A stretch of 64,000 nucleotides of DNA from positions 303,180,001 to 303,244,000 of the forward strand of contig OZ024743.1 in the NCBI GenBank assembly GCA_964016885.1, given 5' to 3'. Position 1 is the first letter of the stretch, and each line of letters begins with the position of its first letter. Shown piece by piece: positions 56,666-64,000 of this stretch. This stretch comes from Eledone cirrhosa (lineage: Eukaryota). The notes beneath the pieces were generated by a model, which ran no database searches, was not told where the DNA came from, and saw nothing but the letters and a program-made list of their open reading frames with translations. The translations under genes and the position numbers were made by a program.

Positions 56666-59356
56666 CTATTATTATGATTATTATTATTATTGTGTATATA
56701 TATATTTTTTGAGAAATTTAATTTCTTCTTCCCGTCTTTTGCACACGAGAAAATATGGCTATGGCTCTTGACCCACCTTGTTCTCAACAATTGACAATCG
56801 ACAAGACAAAACAGTCCAGGTAGAGAGGAAAAGTTAACAAAAATAATCGTTGTTATTATGGTTTTGATAACGATGATACGATTTTCGATATGCATATACA
56901 CGATGTGCATATTCATCTTAAATAAATTCAAAATCAAATGTAATTAAATGTAACAACCATCTGTTCCATTCTCTGAGTGGTTTGAAATTGTAAACATTTT
57001 TGTCTGAAATATTCGAATAGTTTGTCCAGCATTGATTTTCTTTTTTTAATTTTAAACTAAGAATGAAACATCAATCTGCTAAAGTAATGTTGAGCTTTCG
57101 TCAACATAAATTTAATATAATTTGTTTTCCATTTACTATTGCGCTGACCTATAAATCACTCATCATTCAATATGTTTTACTTCGGCTCACCTACATACAC
57201 ATAGCAACAAACGAGGACCCCCCCCCCTCCCACACACACACACACCATATATATATATATACATGTGTGTGCACCTGTATGTATATGTATATATGTATGT
57301 ATATATTTATATATGTATGAGGGTTCATAAAAGCATACATTTTTAACTATGTGTATATAAACATTCGTACGGAACATTATTTTTAGAAGGATTCTTCATA
57401 GAATTTAATGTAATTTTCCTAATGTTTCTAAAGCAATTTAATTTATTTAAAACCTTACCAAATGTGGAGATGCAAAACATTTACCCGTCAGTCAGGGTCA
57501 ATTCTGATATATATTATTTCATGAGTTTTTTATGCCTCACCACTTTGTTTAATTGTTACGTTTCTTTTCTCTCATCAATTTCAATTTCATTGCATTTGAA
57601 TCCGATTTTTCTTTGATTTTAATCTCTTTCTCGAGAACATTTCTATTATTGTATACTCCACTTCTTTAACTACACCATTTAACCATCAGTGTAATTGCAT
57701 TGCCTTCGGCTTATACTGCAACATCGTTTATATTTTTTATTTTAAGTGGCAGCTTTCGATTTTTTTTCCTTTCCAAGCTAGGCCTTATATAATGCTATAC
57801 TGCATTAGGTCACCTGGTTGAACTTTAACCAAATACATTACTTTTCGTTCCATTCGAAACTGCTTAAACTGTGATCTTATTAATAACTAGATTCTCTTAC
57901 AAAGTGTCCTAAAGTGAGGAGATTTCCAACTGCAGGAAAGCCTTTATTATCAACCTTTAACGAGATTTTTCAAAATATTATTTTGCTATGCTTTTCTCCC
58001 TTTTTTTCTACGAAGCATGAACCCGTCTTCAATTAAAATAATTGGTATTAAGCTTGTGTTTTATTCCAACTAAAGTTTATATTTGATTTGCAATAATAGC
58101 CTTAAAATAAATCTAGATAATTACTATTGTATGCATATGCTGGCATTAAGAGAGTTAGTTTTAACTATGTCTAATCTATAGATATTTTGTAAAATACACA
58201 CACATGCAACCCCCCCCCCCCACATATATATATATATGTATATATATAAGGTTAAAAATTAAATAAAATTATACTTAAGATACAAAATATATTTTAATGA
58301 AACCAATAAAAAATCTTATGCATAGAGGCTTCAATTTGCTTTCAGTTTCCATTTAAAATTTCGTCACAGCTTACTCTATCTTGCTTAAATCGTACTTATT
58401 TCCTCTCATGAAGGCATCGAGTTATTAAGGTTGGTTACTATAGACCACATACATTACATGGTATTTTTCATAGAGCGTTAATCCCCTATATCTTCTTAAA
58501 CAGCCCATGCCCAATCACTTCCCACTGAGATAATAAATGAAATATTTAACGTTGCACAATTCATATAATTAATATATCTCCTCTTATTTACTATAATGGA
58601 ACACCGAGATAACAATGTATCAGTAAAGACTCTGCAATAGTCAATATCAATATATTTATAACAGGAGAGAATGGGATTAATTTAGTATTTGGCAGAAGTG
58701 TAAGTTTTCGGTACCATTTAAAAGAATGACATGAGGCGTTCGAGACCTTTCAAGTAGTCAACTAGAGACGCAAGTCCATATCAGGGAACAGTGTCCTAGG
58801 ACACTGGATCGACAATCTGGTGAACCTAATCTGGTTTCGGTTCGGCCCAGATCTCCTTGTAAACAGAAATTAGCACGAGCAGAAAGGAAGTTGTTTCTGA
58901 AATGCCGGGTTTATTTGGCAAGTGCATACGTCGCTGCTGTTGTCGTGTAATACTTGATTGTCCGGCCACGCCCAACAATAGTCAGAGTATAGTGGAACCT
59001 ATGATCCTCCATTAGATTTGGGGGAGTTACCTTCCTTTTCTACCAACATCTTTGAGATGGATTCGACATGTAATAGTTACTAATGGGCAGGTATGAGCTT
59101 AGGGTGCAATATAAGGTATTATCTATTGATGGGGGAGGCGTATTGTCTCGTTTCCTTAGGGATCAAGCAGATATGGTGACTGGAAACTTCGCATTTACAA
59201 AATTGTCAAGCACCTACTAGCTCATATATACATATATTCATGTGAATGTATGGATATATATATATATATATATATATGTATATGTATATTTTCTACTGCG
59301 TGACTTGTTTGATTTCGGTGTTGTATTTCTATTTACAGTATAATTTGTAGTTCTAT

Positions 59357-60987
59357 GCGTAAGAAGAAATTATATTTGGTATAACCCCATATTTAACACC
59401 TCTATTAGTACTAATCTACCCTCTACCTTCTTTAGAATAATAAATAAGCACTTTCCAGATTCACATAGATACAGCAACATCCTTAGCACTAAATCTATTA
59501 GACTATCTTACTCCACGGCACCAAACATAGAGGCACACATTAAGATGCTCAACACTAAAAAGATACATAAGAACACCAGAACACAAATGTATAACAATAA
59601 CAATACAATCAGCATTGAACTCAAAAGAATATCTAATACACAACCACCCACTAATAGGAAAACAAAACGTAACACACTTGTACAGGCATGGAAGCCCATC
59701 AATAATACCAAAGTTAACCATGACAATAACTGTAACTGCCACCTACCTGAAACCTGTCTATTACATAATGAATGTGTGCAGTCTCACCTGCTTTACCAAT
59801 GCACAGTAGAATCAGACAATCAGAAATGGTATTACATCGGAGCGACTGAGAATACATTTAAAGCCCGTTGGTATACACACCGTTACGCAATGAAACATTC
59901 CCAGCATCGTTATGTAACTACCCTTGCAAACAAGACCTGGCAACTGAGGGAAAGTAACCATCAATACACCCTGAAGTGGAAAAAATTATCGAACGCGCCC
60001 CTATATCGGAGTGGTATGAGAAGCTGTCGATTATGTGACCTTGAGCTGTTCCACATTTTGAGTTCGAAGAATAAGTTACTCAACAATAAAATCGACAGAT
60101 CAATTTATTGTAACCATAGGCTCAAAGAAAAGTTTTCGCACTACAAGTGCAAATCGAACCCTTAACCTCCTACTACCACCTGACAAACTATATATACTTA
60201 GATTTTCTACCCTCTTATTGTATCTAACCCCTTTAATTACCCACAAAAACCAATACCTATATCCCTCCCTTCTCCTGCATTCCTTTTCTATTTTTTTTCG
60301 TTTTCTTCCTTTCTCATCTCCCCTTTTTAGCTATCTTTTCGTTTCTCCCCCCCCCCCTTTTTTTATCTTTATTTTTATAATATATATATTTATCTCTTTA
60401 TATCTCCCCCTCTCTCTCTCTCTCTCCATCCCTCCCACTATAAACAATTTAATTCTCTTTAACTCACTACACTCTAAATGGACGGCATGAAGTCTAGGTA
60501 TCAAAACTGATCAAGGAATCCTTCCACCTCTACCTCAGTTTGTCACTGTACTTCCTAACACTTCTCCCCCTTCCTCTCTCTCTATACTATTCCGTTTGTC
60601 CCCCCCACTTTCTAATTCCTCTTCCTCTCTCTCTATACTAGTAAATACAATAAAAAAAATGTTTCTCTATATATTAAGAACTGTTTAAGAGTAACTTTTT
60701 CACTATTTTGAAAATTTGGACGTGAACAACAATTATCATTGAGTGGCTGTTATTTGCAGTCTAGCAATATAAGGTTGCACTTACCAATGAAACGGTCGTA
60801 AATACCTGGATAAAATCCTTTTCTTAATGCCTACCTGTGTTTTCTCTTTTATACTTTATACTCCAAGATTGAATGGAATTCTTACAAACTTGTGGAGTTA
60901 CCCCTAACGGCACGTTGAAACCGTCCATGAAACTGGCATTCTCAACCACGAACTGGATCACAATAAACAATTTTCTGCTTCCCTAAC

Positions 60988-60988
<1 letters not shown>
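59357..60988 (+). mobile_element. Penelope-like retroelement family 3 (probably Naiad), 5'-truncated; GIY-YIG coding end to 60165 plus 3' region
   Basis: IWYNP..F..IINKHFP..H.YS, then CNCHLPETC..LLYQC..YYIGATENTFKARWYTH..CRLCDLE..LLN..CNH. Ends at (TA)n(TG)n; 3' boundary approximate. Confidence 0.85.
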
Positions 60989-61037
<49 letters not shown>

Positions 61038-61231
61038 GACGTGTGCGTGTGATTTTAGACACCTAACCATTGTTGCAGACCTCAGCAATGAATAGCCATT
61101 GTATATTTGTAATAAATGAACCCTAAAAATTAGGAGTGCCTCTCAATTTGTCTATAGGTACTTAGCTTGAATTTCTTTCTGACTTTGCTTCTCTAAATAT
61201 AGGTTTAAAGAATCCCCTTTCTTGGACAGTC

Positions 61232-61282
61232 GGCTTCCTGATGGTTTCTCCCGAATGAAACAGTTCCAATCCTGTAGAATCC
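61232..61282 (+). ncRNA. Hammerhead motif (family B homologue), A9 mutated to G
   Basis: GGCTTC-CTGATGG-TTTCTCCCGAAT-GAA-ACAGTTCCAATCCTGT-A-GAATCC, followed by (TA)n. Aligns with the minus strand of 11458-11508. Confidence 0.78.
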
Positions 61283-61311
61283 ATTTATATATATATATAT
61301 ATATATATATC

Positions 61312-62266
61312 CTAGCAGTATTACCCACCCTTGGTAGGTAAAATAATATCTGCTTTGATGAAAAGGTTTCGATTGTAGCGACTGCTTCTCGATAACTCAT
61401 CTATGGCTACACACAGGCCATGCGGGGGAGGGTGGTGATGACCTCTATCACTGAGAATAGCGGGTGACAGACGAATGGGTATGCTGGGTAAGGGAGATAA
61501 ATGACCTCTAAGACTAAACTAAATTTCCTCACGCTACTTGATTGGAAACCGATGAATTCTCAATACACAACTAAAAGCTCAGACCACGTCAGTGACCATC
61601 GTTTTGCCTTTGACCATCTATAAGATGTGCAAAGATAGGTTCTATTGTAGTATAAAATGTGAACCAAATTAATTGATTTATGTGTGAGGTGGAGCCGAAG
61701 TTTCGATTTGAACGAAATCGGTTGCAAAATGTTGGAGCTAATGATATGTCGCCGTCCCAGAACAAAAAGGCAAAGTATAAAGCTACTAAAAGATGTGAAA
61801 TCATCAGATATAGCATATTGTAAAATTTGAACAAAGTAGCTTGATTAATTTGGGAGCTAGAGCCGTAAAAGTGGAAATGTGAGTCTAAAAGTGGTATTTT
61901 TGAATATTTAAGCGGCAGCGACGCCCGCTGTCCCTGAAGAATAAATGCAAAATATAAAGCAATTATAGGATGTGGAATGAAAAATTCTATTTTGCTTTAA
62001 CATTTGAACGAAATCGGTGGCAAAATGTGGGAGCTAGGGCCTAAAATCTTATTTTTCGATACCTAAAAAAAGGTGACCCTACCTATCGATTTCTTACTGC
62101 AGAATGACCCAAGAATAAAAAAAAAACGATACGCTGATATATAGAAAACCATCCCCGTTGCCTAATCTATGAGACTGTAAAGGTTCATGAAAATCGGTCG
62201 TAAGGTGTAGGCCCCTATAGGTAATAAACAGACACACACACATACTTAATTTTATACATATACAGA
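61312..62266 (-). mobile_element. Non-autonomous Helitron, copy 2
   Basis: Colinear with 15861-17038 with the same TC...CTAG termini. Lacks roughly one internal subrepeat; 3' hairpin damaged. Confidence 0.78.
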
Positions 62267-62495
62267 TATATATATATATATATATGTATGTATATAAATC
62301 AGGTGGGATTTTGTTTGAAACTAGTTAGACCATTCCTCATGAGATTAATCGATACTTGTGATAGTAGAGTATGGTAATATTATAGAGTTGAAGAGTTTGT
62401 AATATATATATATATATTTATGTTGGGGAGGACTGCATCTCTCTCTCTCTCTCTCACTCGCTCTCTCTCACTCTCTCACTCTCTCTCTCTCTCTC

Positions 62496-62553
<58 letters not shown>

Positions 62554-62574
62554 ACATATATATTGGGGGAGGTG

Positions 62575-62620
<46 letters not shown>

Positions 62621-62901
62621 ATTTTGTGTTCATGATATCCGTGATTATCGTGTGAAATGATGGTTAAAAATCGTGGAGGATTATACAACGCAAAATAGTC
62701 GCGTTGCGAATTGTTATTTGATATTCAACACATGCATTGCCTGTAGATCTGTTGGTATCGTGTGGACGCTTTCTCTTCTACCCTTTTCTATTTATTTGTA
62801 TTTTAATCTCAATCTTATCATCTATACACCATTGTTTCTGTAACCCCCTTCTCAAGTTCTCTTGTTCACATATGTGTATATAAATATATATGTGTATATA
62901 T

Positions 62902-62966
<65 letters not shown>

Positions 62967-64000
62967 CGTATATATGTGTGTGTAGGCGTGTTAATGTGTG
63001 GGTCTTTACATTTGTGTGTGTGTTTGTAAATAACCGCAAATAACCAGACATATACACACGTTACATGTGATGAGTGTTTGAGTGCGTGCGTGTACGTGTT
63101 TGAGTTTCCGTATATATAATAAAGTATGATATAATTTTCTTAGTACACTTTTGCTATATGTAAGATTGTTGTCGTCTTCGAAGTTTTCAATATTCTACCG
63201 GAGTTTACATAAGTGATATATCATATAAGAAGCCTTTGGCTTTAATAAAGTCATGGAACTCTGATTGAGTGAATAGATGTTTAACTGACCCTATAACGTC
63301 AAGACATGTCTAAATATTGCACAACGACTTTGTAATATTTTCTCTAATCCAATAAAAATATCATGTTCATGTTTCGCGTCCAAAATAGAAATGTAATTAA
63401 AATGTCTTTCTGAGGTGGTTTGGCAAGAATACTAGATTTTCCAAATGGCAGAACATATTACAATAGTGCAACAGCCATTAACACTGTCAGTTGACTCAGA
63501 ATTATAGATAACAGGATTTTGATAAATTTAATGACCTAGGTTCCTCCGATCTAGCCACGCGTTGAGCAAATTATACACTTTCGTGACTTTCTTAATGTAA
63601 TATTGTGTTTCAGATACGACTAATCTTCAAGACATGGTCTATATGTTTAGTTTAATCTGTGAATGACAGAGGCGTACATCTTTCACATAAAATGAAAATG
63701 TGTATGCCTTGTCGCTTCGAGATTAGGAAAAATATATATAGGGCGTATGTTTTTAAAGTGGGCCTTTGGAATAATCAAATAATATTTTTTCGCTATCTGT
63801 CTAGTCGGTGACATTCTCATGAAGGATTTCATATTTGATAATTGTGATTTCCTATCGTTGATGATATCAATAACTAATATATCTGAAATAAATGAATCAA
63901 ACAATTACAAATTATGTTAATATCCTTTCAAATCACACTTACCATACATTAGAAAGGATATAGTAAACTCATTATACCAGACAAATGGGATATATTACTC

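Noticed and set aside
60713-60806. Candidate hammerhead in the PLE3 3' region (GTGAACA..long hairpin..GAAACGGTC)
   Set aside because: It needs a G3-C8 swap, a bulged stem I and a 9 nt offset before stem II. Too many exceptions without a family consensus.
63250-63904. Possible minus-strand exon or pseudogene after a TTTCAG acceptor-like site
   Set aside because: Stops interrupt the frames I read, and I could not recognise a protein family.

Overview
This is very AT-rich, repeat-dominated eukaryotic DNA with a 200-N assembly gap at 11742-11941. It is most likely intergenic or intronic sequence from an octopus (inferred from the tRNA-derived SINE family, the huge (TA)n tracts and the retroelement mix). 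I found no intact host protein-coding gene; most long ORFs in the track are microsatellite artefacts. Recognisable decayed retroelements are three Penelope-like element (PLE) families (two with RT plus GIY-YIG, one 5'-truncated to the GIY-YIG end; probably Naiad clade), a second PLE-type endonuclease remnant, and RTE, R4/Dong, CRE and L1/Tx1 LINE relics. There are also two non-autonomous Helitrons and about eight SINEs. The main signal is a dense set of type I hammerhead ribozyme (HHR) motifs: 13 motifs in about 8 unrelated sequence families, read by eye. They lie in PLE 3' ends and in short non-coding units of about 250-520 bp that insert into (TA)n as partial tandems and as head-to-head inverted pairs. 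This looks like a (TA)n-targeting PLE plus non-autonomous retrozyme system. A near-identical 9.2 x 616 bp tandem array inside (TA)n carries a non-canonical hammerhead-like fold and may be a young member of the same system. Ribozyme activity, family assignments and assembly fidelity are untested.
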